A stretch of 63,987 bases of DNA, the filler included, from an uncultured bacterium (GTDB lineage: Bacteria > CAYJRR01): assembly GCA_964372275.1 (NCBI GenBank). It is 3 parts of 3 records of this genome, joined end to end, with 100 filler letters (N's around TTAATTAATTAA, not from the genome) between each part and the next. Parts side by side here need not be neighbours in the genome. Positions count along the whole stretch, not along the records: positions 28,233 to 55,587 come from CAYJRR010000060.1; 2 more parts are not named here. One strand, given 5' to 3'. Under the pieces are notes generated by a model, which searched no databases, was not told where the DNA came from, and was given only the letters and a program-made list of their open reading frames with translations. This document shows, piece after piece, positions 36,131 through 46,143 of this stretch (position 1 is its first letter; each line of letters opens with the position of its first letter). Both the position numbers and the translations under genes were made by a program.

Positions 36131-38554
36131 ATGCGACGGCGATCACAGACGCCACTCCTTCCGGCGGCGGTCGCCTGCCTGGCCGGGGCGCTGGTCGGCC
36201 GTGCGGGGGTCGAGGCCCCGCCGGTGGCGGCGGCGGCGATCGGCGCTGCCGCCGGGTTGGCCGCCTGGCGCGGTTCGGCCCGGTTGGCCGGGCGAGCGGC
36301 CGTCTTGGGGCTCGCCGTCGTCGCCCTGGTCCGAGCGGGGCCGGCCGGCGGTGTCGCGGGCCGCGAGCCGTCGAGGCCTCCGTCGGCGCAACCGCTCGTT
36401 GCGTTCGAAGGCTGCCTCCGCGGGCGTGGCGACGGCGGGCGCGGGAGGATCGTCGAGGTCCGGCCGGTCGACGGGGGCCCGGTCGCTCGCCTCCGGCTTC
36501 GTCACGCCGGGTTTCGGGAGTACCGGGGGGGATCCCCGGGAGGCCCGGAACGGGCGATGATCGGCGACCGGATCCGGGTCGACGGGCGCCTGCGGGCCGT
36601 GGCACCGCCGCAGAACCCCGGCGAGCGCGATCGGGCGCGTGCCGACCGGGAGGCCGGGGTCGACGGCGAGCTCGTGGCGGCGGGGCCGCCGAGGATCGTG
36701 GGGCGGTGCGGCGGTCTCGACGGCCTGCTCGCGCGCGGCCGAACGCAATTCCGGCGGCTGGTCGACCGGACCTTGCCGCCGCGCGAGGCGGGTCTCGCGG
36801 CGGCGCTGGTCACCGGCGAGGTCGACGGCGTCGACGCCGGCGATCTCGACGCGCTCCGCGCCACCGGCACGGTCCACGTCTTGTCGATCTCCGGGCTGCA
36901 CCTGGCGTGGGTGGCCGCGGCGGCCTTCGGCGCGTTTCGGCGGCTTTCGCTGCGCCTGTTCCCTCGCGTCGCCGAGACGCGGGACCTGCGTCTTCCCGCG
37001 GCCGCCGCGGCGCTCGCCGCCGCGACCGCCTACGCCGCCTTCGCGGGGATGGGGATCGCCACCTCCCGTGCGCTGCTGGTCACCGCGTCGGCCGTGGCGG
37101 CGATGCACGTCGGCGGCGCCCACGGCGGATGGAACGCCTGGGCGCTCGGGTTGGCGGTGTTGACGCTCGCCGAGCCCTCGTCGATCGAGCGACCGGCCTT
37201 CGCCTTGAGTTTCCTCGCGACCGGCGGACTGCTGTCGGTGGCGGGCGGGCGGCGCGGACGGGAGTCTCCGGTGAAGGACGGCGCGACGCTCGTCCGCGCG
37301 TGGCGGCGGATGCCGGCCGCGGTGGAGCGCGGCCTGCGTGCGACCTTCGCGGCGGCGGTGGCGACGCTTCCGGCCACCGGCGCCTGGTTCGGCCGGTGGC
37401 CCGTCGTCGGTCTCGTCGCCAACGCCGCGGCGATCCCGCTGTTCGGGGCGGGGAGCCTCCTGCCGCTCCTGGCGGCCGCCCTGGCGCAACCGTTGTGCGA
37501 GCCGGTGGCGCGGGGGCTCGTCCTGTCCGCGTATCCCGCGCTGGCGGCCGGGCGTTTCGCGGTCGACGCGGGATCGCGTCTTCCGTACGCGTCGATCGAA
37601 CGCCCGCTCTCCGTCGGTCAGGCCATCGCGCTGGGGACGGCGGTGGCGGCGTGGCTTCTCCTGCGAGGAGGTACGCGGCGGGTGGCGGTCGCGGCCGCGA
37701 TCCTTGCGACGGTCGCGCAGGTCCGGTCGGTCGATCGCCCGCCTCGCCGCACCACCGCCGCCTTCCTCTCGGTCGGACAGGGGGACGCCGCCGTGGTGCG
37801 TTTCGCGACCGGCGAGGTGCTCGTCGTCGACACCGGCCCCCCGGGCGCGGGCGCGCGCGTCCTGGTGCCCTACCTGCGGTCGGCCGGCGTGCGCCGGATC
37901 GACGCCGTAGCGATCAGCCACGCGCATCCCGATCACACCGGCGGGTTGGAGGCGCTGGCCCGCGCCTTTCCGGTGGGCCAGCTCTGGATCGGGGGTCCGG
38001 TCGGGGCGGACCGGGCGCTCCTGGCCGGCGTGGCGCAGCTCTCGCGCCGGGGCACGCGCGCGCAGGTCGTCGGTCGCGGGGCGCCGGCGGTGCGCATCGG
38101 AGCGGCGACGATCGAGTTCGTCGGTGGCGACGCGACGCGGGGTCGGGAGGAGGCCGGCGATCGGAGCCGGCGCAACGATCGATCGCTCGTTCTGCGGGTG
38201 TCGGAGCCCGGCCTGTCGGTGTTGTTCGCGGGCGATCTCGAGCGGGCCGGCGAGGCGATCCTGGTGGAGTCGAGCCGACGCCTGCGCGCCGACGTGGTGA
38301 AGATCCCGCACCACGGATCGGGGACCGGAAGCTCCGCCGAGCTCGTCGCCCGCACCCGCCCTCGACTCGCCGTCGCATCGCTGGGGGCCGGCAATCGGTA
38401 CGGCTTTCCCGACGCCGACGTGGTGGCGCGTTGGGAGCGTGCGAAGGCCGTGGTGCTGCGCACCGATCTCGTCGGGGCGATCGAGGTCCGCGGTTGCGAA
38501 GGCGAGGTCGGCGTGCCTACGATCTGCGTCCGAACGCCGGCCGGCGACGATTGA
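36131..38554 (+). CDS. comEC: DNA uptake competence protein ComEC/Rec2
   Basis: HVLSISGLH, FALSF, VGQGDA, VDTG, SHAHPDHTGG, KIPHHGS, NRYGFP. Confidence 0.92.
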   Translation: MRRRSQTPLLPAAVACLAGALVGRAGVEAPPVAAAAIGAAAGLAAWRGSARLAGRAAVLGLAVVALVRAGPAGGVAGREPSRPPSAQPLVAFEGCLRGRGDGGRGRIVEVRPVDGGPVARLRLRHAGFREYRGGSPGGPERAMIGDRIRVDGRLRAVAPPQNPGERDRARADREAGVDGELVAAGPPRIVGRCGGLDGLLARGRTQFRRLVDRTLPPREAGLAAALVTGEVDGVDAGDLDALRATGTVHVLSISGLHLAWVAAAAFGAFRRLSLRLFPRVAETRDLRLPAAAAALAAATAYAAFAGMGIATSRALLVTASAVAAMHVGGAHGGWNAWALGLAVLTLAEPSSIERPAFALSFLATGGLLSVAGGRRGRESPVKDGATLVRAWRRMPAAVERGLRATFAAAVATLPATGAWFGRWPVVGLVANAAAIPLFGAGSLLPLLAAALAQPLCEPVARGLVLSAYPALAAGRFAVDAGSRLPYASIERPLSVGQAIALGTAVAAWLLLRGGTRRVAVAAAILATVAQVRSVDRPPRRTTAAFLSVGQGDAAVVRFATGEVLVVDTGPPGAGARVLVPYLRSAGVRRIDAVAISHAHPDHTGGLEALARAFPVGQLWIGGPVGADRALLAGVAQLSRRGTRAQVVGRGAPAVRIGAATIEFVGGDATRGREEAGDRSRRNDRSLVLRVSEPGLSVLFAGDLERAGEAILVESSRRLRADVVKIPHHGSGTGSSAELVARTRPRLAVASLGAGNRYGFPDADVVARWERAKAVVLRTDLVGAIEVRGCEGEVGVPTICVRTPAGDD

Positions 38555-38556
38555 CG

Positions 38557-39870
38557 ATGTCCCCCGACAAGCTTCCAAAGATCCACGCGATCCGCGGCGT
38601 GAACGACCTGTTCGCGCCCGAGGTCTACCGCTGGCAACGGCTCGAGGAGGCGGCGCGGCGGCTGTTCACCGCCTACGGCTACGACGAGATCCGGATCCCG
38701 GTGATCGAACGGACCGAGCTGTTCGCGCGGTCGATCGGCGCCGCCACCGACGTGGTGGAGAAGGAGATGTACGCCTTCGTCGACAAGGGGGGGGACCCGA
38801 TCGCCCTGCGGCCGGAAGGGACGGCCGGGGTGGTCCGGGCCTTCGTCGAACACGGCCTCGCCGTCTCCGACCCGTCCTCGCGCTTCTGGTACTGCGGCCC
38901 GATGTTCCGGCACGAGCGGCCGCAGAAGGGACGATTCCGCCAGTTCTGGCAGCTCGGCGCGGAGGCGTTCGGGGTCGCGTCCCCCCGGGTCGACGCCGAG
39001 ACGTTGGCCCTGCTCCACGACTACCTGCGGGCGGCCGGAATCGACGGCGTCACGATCCGGCTGACATCGCTGGGGGACGAGGCCTGCCGTCCGCCCTACC
39101 GGCAGACGCTGACCGGATTCCTGCGCGGCGTCGAAGGGGGGTTGTGCGAGGACTGCCGCCGCCGCATCGACACCAATCCGCTCCGCGTCCTCGATTGCAA
39201 GCGCGAGGGGTGCCGGGCCGCGACGGCGGCGGCGCCGCTCCTCGTCGACCGGCTGTGCGAGCCGTGCGCCGCGCACTTCCACGAGGTGCGGCGGAACCTC
39301 GATCTGATGGAGGTGCCGTACGAGCTCGATCCGCGGATCGTGCGCGGACTCGACTACTACGTGCGCACCGCCTTCGAGCTCGTCCATCGATCGGACGCGG
39401 GTGAGGCTCTCGGAAGCCAGAACGCGATCGGAGGCGGCGGCCGCTACGACGGACTGGTCAAGGACCTGGGCGGTCCGCCCGTTCCCGGGATCGGTTTCGC
39501 CCTGGGGATGGAGCGGCTGTCGATGGTGCTCGCGGCCTCGCGCGGCGGCGGCGACGGGGCTCCGGCGTCGGTCTACCTCGCCGCGTTGGGACCGGCGGCC
39601 GGGGACCGCGCGCAGCGTCTCGCGCAGGGGCTCCGTGCGCGGGAGGTGCGCGTCGAGACCTCCTACGACGCCAAGGCCAATGCGCTGGGGAAGGAGCTGG
39701 CGCGCGCCGACAAGCGCGGGGCGAGGTTGGTGCTGATCCTGGGCGAGGCCGAGCTTGCGCGGAACGCGGTAGGGGTCAAAGATCTGCGGATCGGCGAGCA
39801 GTCGGAGCTTCCGGCGGCGGACGTGGACGCGCTCGCCGCGGAGGTCGCGCGCCGGCTTCGAGGAACGTGA
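38557..39870 (+). CDS. hisS: Histidine--tRNA ligase
   Basis: VEKEMY, LRPEGTA, FRHERPQKGRFRQF, VRGLDYY, GGGRYD. Confidence 0.98.
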   Translation: MSPDKLPKIHAIRGVNDLFAPEVYRWQRLEEAARRLFTAYGYDEIRIPVIERTELFARSIGAATDVVEKEMYAFVDKGGDPIALRPEGTAGVVRAFVEHGLAVSDPSSRFWYCGPMFRHERPQKGRFRQFWQLGAEAFGVASPRVDAETLALLHDYLRAAGIDGVTIRLTSLGDEACRPPYRQTLTGFLRGVEGGLCEDCRRRIDTNPLRVLDCKREGCRAATAAAPLLVDRLCEPCAAHFHEVRRNLDLMEVPYELDPRIVRGLDYYVRTAFELVHRSDAGEALGSQNAIGGGGRYDGLVKDLGGPPVPGIGFALGMERLSMVLAASRGGGDGAPASVYLAALGPAAGDRAQRLAQGLRAREVRVETSYDAKANALGKELARADKRGARLVLILGEAELARNAVGVKDLRIGEQSELPAADVDALAAEVARRLRGT

Positions 39871-40634
39871 TGAGATTCTTGCAAGATTTCTTCGATCGGG
39901 AGAAGCGACAGCGGTCGCGGATCCAGAGTCTCACCAAGAAGGCCCAGCAGAAGTACGGGCAGACCGAGGACCGCTACGCCGCCGTCGACGGCTTGAAGGA
40001 GATCGGCGGCGAGGAGGCCTGGCGAGGCCTTCTGAAACGCTTCACCGTCACGGTCGACAACAAGCTCCACGACCAGGACGAGAAGAAGTACGTGTCCGAC
40101 ATCCTGGCCGAGCGAGGTCCGGAGATCGTGCCGCTCCTGAAGGAGTTCCTGGCGCGGGAGGTGGAGGTCACCTGGGCGGCTCGAACGCTGGCCCGCGTCG
40201 TCCCCAACGACGAGCGGGTCTCCGCGATCCTGGACTGTCTCCGGGGCCGCACCTCGGAGGAGACCGACCCGGAAAAGCTGGTGCAGCTCCTCACCGTCCT
40301 GCACGAGGAGAAGGATCCGCGCGCCATTCCGGTCGTCGCCGACTGCCTCAAGGACCTCGACGACACCGTCCGGATCGCCGCCGTCGAGACGTTGGCCACG
40401 ATCGGCAGCGAGGAGGCGAGGGTTCCCCTCCTGGAGGCGCTGGTTCGGCCGGAGGAGGACAGCCAGCGCGTCGTCCACCGGATCGTCGAGATCTTCCGGG
40501 ATCGGCAATGGGAGGTTCGGGGGTATCGGAAATCGGTGGAGGAACGATTGCCCGAGCGCAACTACCTGGATCGCTCGGGGAGGATCAAGGCGCTGGAGCC
40601 CGGGAGCGCGCGAGAGCCGGAAGACGGTAGCTGA
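39867..40634 (+). CDS. HEAT-repeat protein
   Basis: RAIPVVADCLKD.DDTVRIAAVETL PBS-lyase HEAT pattern; overlaps the hisS stop. Confidence 0.8.
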   Translation: MMRFLQDFFDREKRQRSRIQSLTKKAQQKYGQTEDRYAAVDGLKEIGGEEAWRGLLKRFTVTVDNKLHDQDEKKYVSDILAERGPEIVPLLKEFLAREVEVTWAARTLARVVPNDERVSAILDCLRGRTSEETDPEKLVQLLTVLHEEKDPRAIPVVADCLKDLDDTVRIAAVETLATIGSEEARVPLLEALVRPEEDSQRVVHRIVEIFRDRQWEVRGYRKSVEERLPERNYLDRSGRIKALEPGSAREPEDGS

Positions 40635-40650
40635 GAGAGGACGGCGAACG

Positions 40651-40770
40651 GAGAATGGAAAATTGAAAATGGAAAACCGGCCAACCGAGGCCTCGGGTAC
40701 GGGCCACCACCGCGGTGCCGGTGTTTCATTTTCCGGTTTTCCATTGTCCATTTTCCATTTTCCATTTTCT
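40651..40770. repeat. AT-rich heptamer (AATGGAA / TTCCATT) inverted repeat
   Basis: Left arm GAGAATGGAAAATTGAAAATGGAAAACCGG (40651-40680) is nearly the reverse complement of CCGGTTTTCCATTGTCCATTTTCCATTTTC (from 40733). Confidence 0.85.
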
Positions 40771-40797
40771 TCTCCGCCAGTTTGAGACGGAGCAACG

Positions 40798-41886
40798 GTG
40801 CCGACCCGCTCCGATAATGCGACGCCCCTGCATGCCGTGATCCTGGCGGGGGGCGGAGGGACGCGGTTGTGGCCGCTGTCCCGGCGCGCGCGTCCGAAGC
40901 AGTTCCTCGACGCGTTCGGGACGCGCCCGCTCCTCGTCGATACGTTCGCGCGTCTGTCGCCTTCGATCCCCGCCGACCGCACCTGGGTCGTCGCCGGGCG
41001 CGGGCACGCCGACGAGATCCGGCGGCTCCTGCCGGATCTACCGCCCGACCGGCTCCTGGTCGAGCCGATGGCCAAGAACACCGCCCCGGCGATCGGATTC
41101 GCCTGCGCCACGATCGCCGCGTCGGACCCCGACGCCGTGGTGGCGGTTCTTCCGTCGGACCACGTGGTGGCCCGTCCGGAGGCCTTTCGGCGGCTGATCG
41201 AGGCGGCGGCGTCGCTCGCCGCCGAGCGGCGGATGCTGGTGACCCTGGGGATCGTCCCCGACCATCCCGCCACCGGTTACGGCTACCTCGAGCGAGGCGA
41301 GGCGATCGGGCCGTTCGGCGGCGAGACCGCCTACCGCGTCGCGCGCGTGGTGGAGAAACCCGATCGCGCGCGCGCCGAACGGTTCCTCGCCTCCGGGCGA
41401 TATCTCTGGAACAGCGGCGTCTTCGTCTGGCGCGCGGGCGACCTCCTCGACGAGCTCGATCGCCACCTGCCCGATCTCGGCGCCGGCCTGCGCGAGCTTT
41501 CCGCCGCTCCGGCAATCGCGCGGACGGAGGTCGCCGAACGCCTGTTCGCCGCCGCATCGTCGATCTCGATCGACTACGCGGTGATGGAGCGCAGCGATCG
41601 GGTCGCGCTCTTCCCGGCCGACGTCGGGTGGGACGACATCGGCTCCTTCCGCTCGCTCGCCCGCCGGCCCGCCGGCGAGGAGGCGGGCGTGCGCGAGCGC
41701 GTCGCCGTCGACGCCGAGCGCAATCTGGTTCACGCACCCGGCAAGGTGGTGGCGCTGGTCGGGGTCGACGACCTGATCGTGGTCGACTCCGGCGACGCGT
41801 TGCTCGTCGTCTGCCGCGATCGCGCCGAGGACGTGAAGAAGGTGGTCGAGGAGTTGACCCGGCGCGGCCGCACCGACCTGCTGTAG
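40798..41886 (+). CDS. manC: Mannose-1-phosphate guanylyltransferase
   Basis: ILAGGGGTRLWPLSR..PKQF, EP..KNTAPA, PSDH, GYGY, WNSG, SIDYAVME, WDDIGS. Confidence 0.93.
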   Translation: MPTRSDNATPLHAVILAGGGGTRLWPLSRRARPKQFLDAFGTRPLLVDTFARLSPSIPADRTWVVAGRGHADEIRRLLPDLPPDRLLVEPMAKNTAPAIGFACATIAASDPDAVVAVLPSDHVVARPEAFRRLIEAAASLAAERRMLVTLGIVPDHPATGYGYLERGEAIGPFGGETAYRVARVVEKPDRARAERFLASGRYLWNSGVFVWRAGDLLDELDRHLPDLGAGLRELSAAPAIARTEVAERLFAAASSISIDYAVMERSDRVALFPADVGWDDIGSFRSLARRPAGEEAGVRERVAVDAERNLVHAPGKVVALVGVDDLIVVDSGDALLVVCRDRAEDVKKVVEELTRRGRTDLL

Positions 41887-41888
41887 CC

Positions 41889-43049
41889 CTAGAACTCGAA
41901 GGCCATGCCGATGTCGTAGGTGAAGTCGGTGAAGTTCCGGTTCCGCAGCGTCCCTTCGCCGACGACGTTGTCGTCTTCGAACGAATCCGGATAGACCTCG
42001 ACGTAATGCTCGCCCGGCAGTCCGAGTGCTACGTGTCCGCGGGCCATGGCGTGGCGCTGGAAGCGGTAGACGAACCCGAGCCGCATGTCGTATCGGAGGT
42101 ACGGATCCTCCTTGACCACGTTGCCGAACCCGGTCGGTCCGCCGCCGATGCCGTCGGGTCCGTAGATGAAGCGGTTGGCGAACGTCTCGCCGCCCATCAC
42201 GTACCGCCAGCCGAAGCCGACATCGCCGGCCAGCTTCAGGCCGTCGCTCTTGCGCTCGAAGGCGACCACCTCGGTGCCGAAGAAGGTCCCCCACTGGTCG
42301 CCGGGATTGAACTCCTCGACATCTTCGGCGCTGGCCGAGGCGGCGCCGCGGTTGGTGTAGAAGAAGACGAGGTAGGGGTCGAACAGCCGCACTCGCTTGC
42401 TGAACGCCGTCGCGAGCTGGATGTCGAACCCCGGCGTGCCGGCCGGCGCCTCCTTCTCCTCCGGATCGGTCGACGGATAGATCTCGTAGGAGCCCGGGAT
42501 CCGGACGCTGGCTTCGACCGTCCAGCTGGAGACGTCCCCCGTCTCGCGCGCCTCCGAGAGTAGCGCGTAGCGCGCGCCGAAGGTGGTGTCGGCGATCCCC
42601 CGGCGGCGCTCCGTCTGGTAGGCGCCGCCGGTCGGGGCGCTTCCGGTGAAGTCGATCGCCTCCCATCGCACGCGGTCCCAGGCGTCGAACGACGAGCGGA
42701 GGAAGACGTCGAGCGCGTGCCAGGCCCCGAATCGCAGGTCGACGTCGATGACGTTCCGGATCTCGTCGCGCGCCCCGGTCTTGGTCAGGGTGCCGTCGGT
42801 GTCCTGCTGGACGTACACCCCTTGCAGCTTTTGCCCCCGGAACGAGATTCCGCTCTCGAAGTGCAGGAACGGAGTTACGGCGGTGGCGTCGGATGCGGCG
42901 GCCGGTCCGGCCGCGCCGATCGCGACGATCGCCGCCCACGAGGGCAACGCCGCGCGCCACCACGCCCACCGTTGCCGCCGGCGGCCGAGACGTCGGGTCC
43001 CCCCCGGAACTACCTTCCGTCGTGCCGCCGCGACATCCTCTCCTCTCAA
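41889..43049 (-). CDS. Putative outer-membrane beta-barrel protein (start uncertain)
   Basis: Signal-like segment, amphipathic beta strands, C-terminal Phe (IGMAFEF). Confidence 0.6.
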   Translation of the reverse strand: MRGEDVAAARRKVVPGGTRRLGRRRQRWAWWRAALPSWAAIVAIGAAGPAAASDATAVTPFLHFESGISFRGQKLQGVYVQQDTDGTLTKTGARDEIRNVIDVDLRFGAWHALDVFLRSSFDAWDRVRWEAIDFTGSAPTGGAYQTERRRGIADTTFGARYALLSEARETGDVSSWTVEASVRIPGSYEIYPSTDPEEKEAPAGTPGFDIQLATAFSKRVRLFDPYLVFFYTNRGAASASAEDVEEFNPGDQWGTFFGTEVVAFERKSDGLKLAGDVGFGWRYVMGGETFANRFIYGPDGIGGGPTGFGNVVKEDPYLRYDMRLGFVYRFQRHAMARGHVALGLPGEHYVEVYPDSFEDDNVVGEGTLRNRNFTDFTYDIGMAFEF

Positions 43050-43187
43050 ACGATCGACCCCCGGAGCCCGTCGTGGGTGGCTACTTTCTTCAGAGTTGAC
43101 GGCAATTTGCAGCGAGAGTCAAGGCGGCGGTCGGGCGTGCCGAATCACCATTCATTTCCACGCACGGATCTTGTAAGAGATTGCGAC

Positions 43188-44576
43188 ATGGGGATGTGGG
43201 GAATTCTCGCCGTCGCCGTCGTCGCGTCGATCGGCGCCGAATCGTCCGCGCGTTCGCGCTCCCGGGGGGAGTCCCCCCAAGCCCCCCTTCCGGTGACGCG
43301 CGAGCAGGCGGCGGAGGCGGCGCTTTCGCGCAAGGTCCATCCGCGGCGCAGTCACGCGGTGCCGCTCGCCGGGCGCGCGGTGCTGTCGCACGCCGTCTTC
43401 GGCTACCTCCCCGACTGGCGCGACGAGTACCTCTCCGAGATCCGTTTCGAGCAGCTCTCGCACATCGCCTACTTCACCGGCGGCTGTACGCCCGACGGCG
43501 GCTATTCGCCCGGCGGGTGGCCGTTCGACGAGCTGACCCAGCTCGCGCACGCAGCGGGGACGAAGGTGATGCTCGTCGTCCCGTGCTTCACCGAGGCCAA
43601 GATCCACGCCGTGCTGGCGACGCCGTCGTCCCGGGCGGCGTTCATCGGCGCCGTCGTCGACGCCGTCGCGAGCGGGCTGCCGATCGACGGCGTCGACCTC
43701 GACTTCGAGCAGATGGCCGGCCATCACCTCGGCGACTTTCCGGAGTTCGCGGCGGAGTTGGCGGCGGCGGTCCGCCAGGTCCTCCCGGAGGCCGAGTTCT
43801 CGGCGGCGCTGCCGCCGGTCGACTGGAGCGTCGCCTACGACTACCCGGCGCTGGCCGAGGTTCTCGACCACCTGATCATCATGGGCTACGGCTACCACTG
43901 GAGCGGCGGCAATCCCGGGCCGGTCTCGCCGCTCGACTACGAAGGGAGCCCGTGGCAGGGCTACACCTACGACCTCGACTGGTCGATCGACGACTACCTG
44001 AACGCGATCGACGATCCGTCGAAGAACGGGAAGGTGCTCCTCGGCCTCCCGTACTACGGCATCGACTGGCCCTCGACCGACTTCTCGATCCCCGGGACGA
44101 AGACGGCGAACGGCAGCTCGCGGATCTATGCGGTCTCCGCCGAGTGGACCGACGGCGGCGGCAAGGAGCTCGATTCGGCATCGCAGACCAACTACTTCTT
44201 CTACGACGAAGGCGGACCGCGCCAGCTCTGGTTCGACGATGCGTCGACGCTCGGGATGAAGTACGCCGCGGCGAAGGGGCGCGGGCTCGGCGGCGTGGCG
44301 ATCTGGGCGATCACGTACGACGCCGGTCGGACCGAGCTGTGGGATGCGTTGCAGGCGTCGTTCGGTCCGTTCGAGCCCGGGGACGACGACGACGACGACG
44401 ACACCGGCGGCGGCGGCGACGACGACGACTCGGTCGGTGGAGACGGCGGGGGTGACGGCCGCCGCCGCGGATGTGACGTCTCGCTGCCCGCGACGCGCTC
44501 CCCGCCGGCGATCGTGGCCGCTCTGGCGCCGTTGGCGGCCGCCGCCTGGGTTGCGCGCCGACGCCGCGCACGGTAA
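43188..44576 (+). CDS. Glycoside hydrolase family 18 protein with MYXO-CTERM-like tail
   Basis: DGVDLDFE (DxDxE), IMGY, LGLPYYG, GLGGVAIW; tail GCDV-hydrophobic-RRRR. Confidence 0.9.
   Translation: MGMWGILAVAVVASIGAESSARSRSRGESPQAPLPVTREQAAEAALSRKVHPRRSHAVPLAGRAVLSHAVFGYLPDWRDEYLSEIRFEQLSHIAYFTGGCTPDGGYSPGGWPFDELTQLAHAAGTKVMLVVPCFTEAKIHAVLATPSSRAAFIGAVVDAVASGLPIDGVDLDFEQMAGHHLGDFPEFAAELAAAVRQVLPEAEFSAALPPVDWSVAYDYPALAEVLDHLIIMGYGYHWSGGNPGPVSPLDYEGSPWQGYTYDLDWSIDDYLNAIDDPSKNGKVLLGLPYYGIDWPSTDFSIPGTKTANGSSRIYAVSAEWTDGGGKELDSASQTNYFFYDEGGPRQLWFDDASTLGMKYAAAKGRGLGGVAIWAITYDAGRTELWDALQASFGPFEPGDDDDDDDTGGGGDDDDSVGGDGGGDGRRRGCDVSLPATRSPPAIVAALAPLAAAAWVARRRRAR
43245..43288 (+). repeat. Coding-embedded ~45-nt repeat, copy in the GH18 gene
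   Basis: TCCGCGCGTTCGCGCTCCCGGGGGGAGTCCCCCCAAGCCCCCCT. Confidence 0.9.
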
Positions 44577-44585
44577 GAGAGCGTC

Positions 44586-46121
44586 GTGAGCGCCGACGAG
44601 CGCCGACAGGCGCTGCTACGCGAGCTGCCGGCCGTCCAGGACCTCCTCGCCGACGAGGGGCTGGCCGACGTGCGGTCGACCGTCCCCCGCCCCCTGTTCG
44701 TGGCGATCGTGCAGGAGGAGATCGCGAGCCTTCGCGCGCGCCTGCTCGCGGACGGATTCGGATCGGTGTCCGATACGGATACTGCTACCGCCACCGGTCC
44801 GGTCGGATCTCTCACGCTCGCGGCGGCCGTTCGGGAGGCGGTCCGTGCCCGGGCGGCCCGCGAAGCGGAGGCGTGGCCCCGCCCGGTGCTCAACGCCACC
44901 GGGGTGATCGTCCACACCAACCTCGGCCGGGCGCCGTTGGCCGACGACGCGATCGACCATCTCCGCGCGGTGGCGGTCGGCTACAGCACCCTCGAATACG
45001 ACCTCGAACGCGGCGAACGCGGAAGCCGCCAGTCGGCGGTGGAGGGACTTCTCACCACGCTGCTCGACGCCGAGGCGGCGTTCGCCGTGAACAACAACGC
45101 CGCCGCGGTGCTCCTGGCGCTCGCGGCGCATGTCACGGAGACCCGGTCGGAGGTGATCGTCTCGCGCGGCGAGCTGGTGGAGATCGGCGGAAGCTTCCGC
45201 GTGCCCGACGTCCTGCGCGCCTCGGGGGCGACCCTCGTCGAGGTCGGCACCACCAACCGGACGCACCTCCACGACTATCGGAGGGCCGTCGGACCCGCGA
45301 CGGCGGCGATCCTGAAGGTGCACCCGTCCAACTTCCGCGTCGTCGGCTTCACCGCCGAGGTCGACGAGGCGGCGCTCGGGACGCTCGCCGCGGAGGCTCA
45401 CGTGCCGCTGATCTGCGATGCCGGAAGCGGGCTCGTCGTCGACGACGGGACGACGCCATCGCTCCGGGACGAGCCGGCGCCGCGGCGACTCGTGCGTCAC
45501 GCCACGCTCGTCACCTTCTCGGGCGACAAGCTGCTGGGCGGACCGCAGGCGGGGATCCTGGCCGGGAGGGGCCCGGCGATCGCCGCGGCGAAGCGCCATC
45601 CGCTCGCGCGCGCGGTGCGGATCGACAAACTGTCGCTTGCCGCGCTGGCGTCGACGCTGCGTCTGGCGATCGACCCGGCGCGGGCGGGCGAGATCCCGGT
45701 GGTGCGCATGCTCCGCGAGCCGTTGGTCGCCGTTCGCGCCCGCGCGGAGGCGGTCGCCGCCGCGATCGGCGTCTCAGGGGGGGATTGGGGGGACTCCCCC
45801 CGGGAGCGCGAACGCGCGGACCGTCTTGCGACGATCGACGTCGTGCCGAGCGAGGCGGCGGTGGGCGGCGGATCGGTGCCCGGTCAGACGCTGCCCTCCT
45901 TCGCCGTGCGGATCGACGTGGGCGAGGCGTCGGCGGCGCGCCTGGAGAAGGTCCTTCGGCAGGGCGCCGTTCCGGTCGTCGCCCGGGTGCGGGAGGGGGC
46001 GGTCCTGCTCGACGTCCGCACGATCGCCGACCGGGAGGTCGTCGCGCTCGCTCGCGCGGCGGCGGAGGCCATCCACAGGCTATCAACAGGTAGGAACCGG
46101 ACCAGACCTGAGCTAAATTAG
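44586..46121 (+). CDS. selA: L-seryl-tRNA(Sec) selenium transferase
   Basis: VLNATGVIVHTNLGRAPL, VNNNAAA, SRGELVEIGGSFR, EVGTTNRT, FSGDKLLGGPQAG, VGGGS.P. Confidence 0.97.
   Translation: MSADERRQALLRELPAVQDLLADEGLADVRSTVPRPLFVAIVQEEIASLRARLLADGFGSVSDTDTATATGPVGSLTLAAAVREAVRARAAREAEAWPRPVLNATGVIVHTNLGRAPLADDAIDHLRAVAVGYSTLEYDLERGERGSRQSAVEGLLTTLLDAEAAFAVNNNAAAVLLALAAHVTETRSEVIVSRGELVEIGGSFRVPDVLRASGATLVEVGTTNRTHLHDYRRAVGPATAAILKVHPSNFRVVGFTAEVDEAALGTLAAEAHVPLICDAGSGLVVDDGTTPSLRDEPAPRRLVRHATLVTFSGDKLLGGPQAGILAGRGPAIAAAKRHPLARAVRIDKLSLAALASTLRLAIDPARAGEIPVVRMLREPLVAVRARAEAVAAAIGVSGGDWGDSPRERERADRLATIDVVPSEAAVGGGSVPGQTLPSFAVRIDVGEASAARLEKVLRQGAVPVVARVREGAVLLDVRTIADREVVALARAAAEAIHRLSTGRNRTRPELN
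45776..45820 (-). repeat. Coding-embedded 45-nt repeat, inverted copy in selA
   Basis: Reverse complement is TCCGCGCGTTCGCGCTCCCGGGGGGAGTCCCCCCAATCCCCCCCT. Confidence 0.9.
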
Positions 46122-46143
46122 GGAAAAGCGGAGGCGATCGGGC

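Noticed and set aside
43153-43176. ACGCACGGATCTTGTA as a sigma-54 promoter for GH18
   Set aside because: Both the invariant GG and GC dinucleotides are mismatched
44586-46121. Search for tRNA-Sec or selenoprotein genes near selA
   Set aside because: No tRNA cloverleaf or convincing in-frame TGA gene seen in the window
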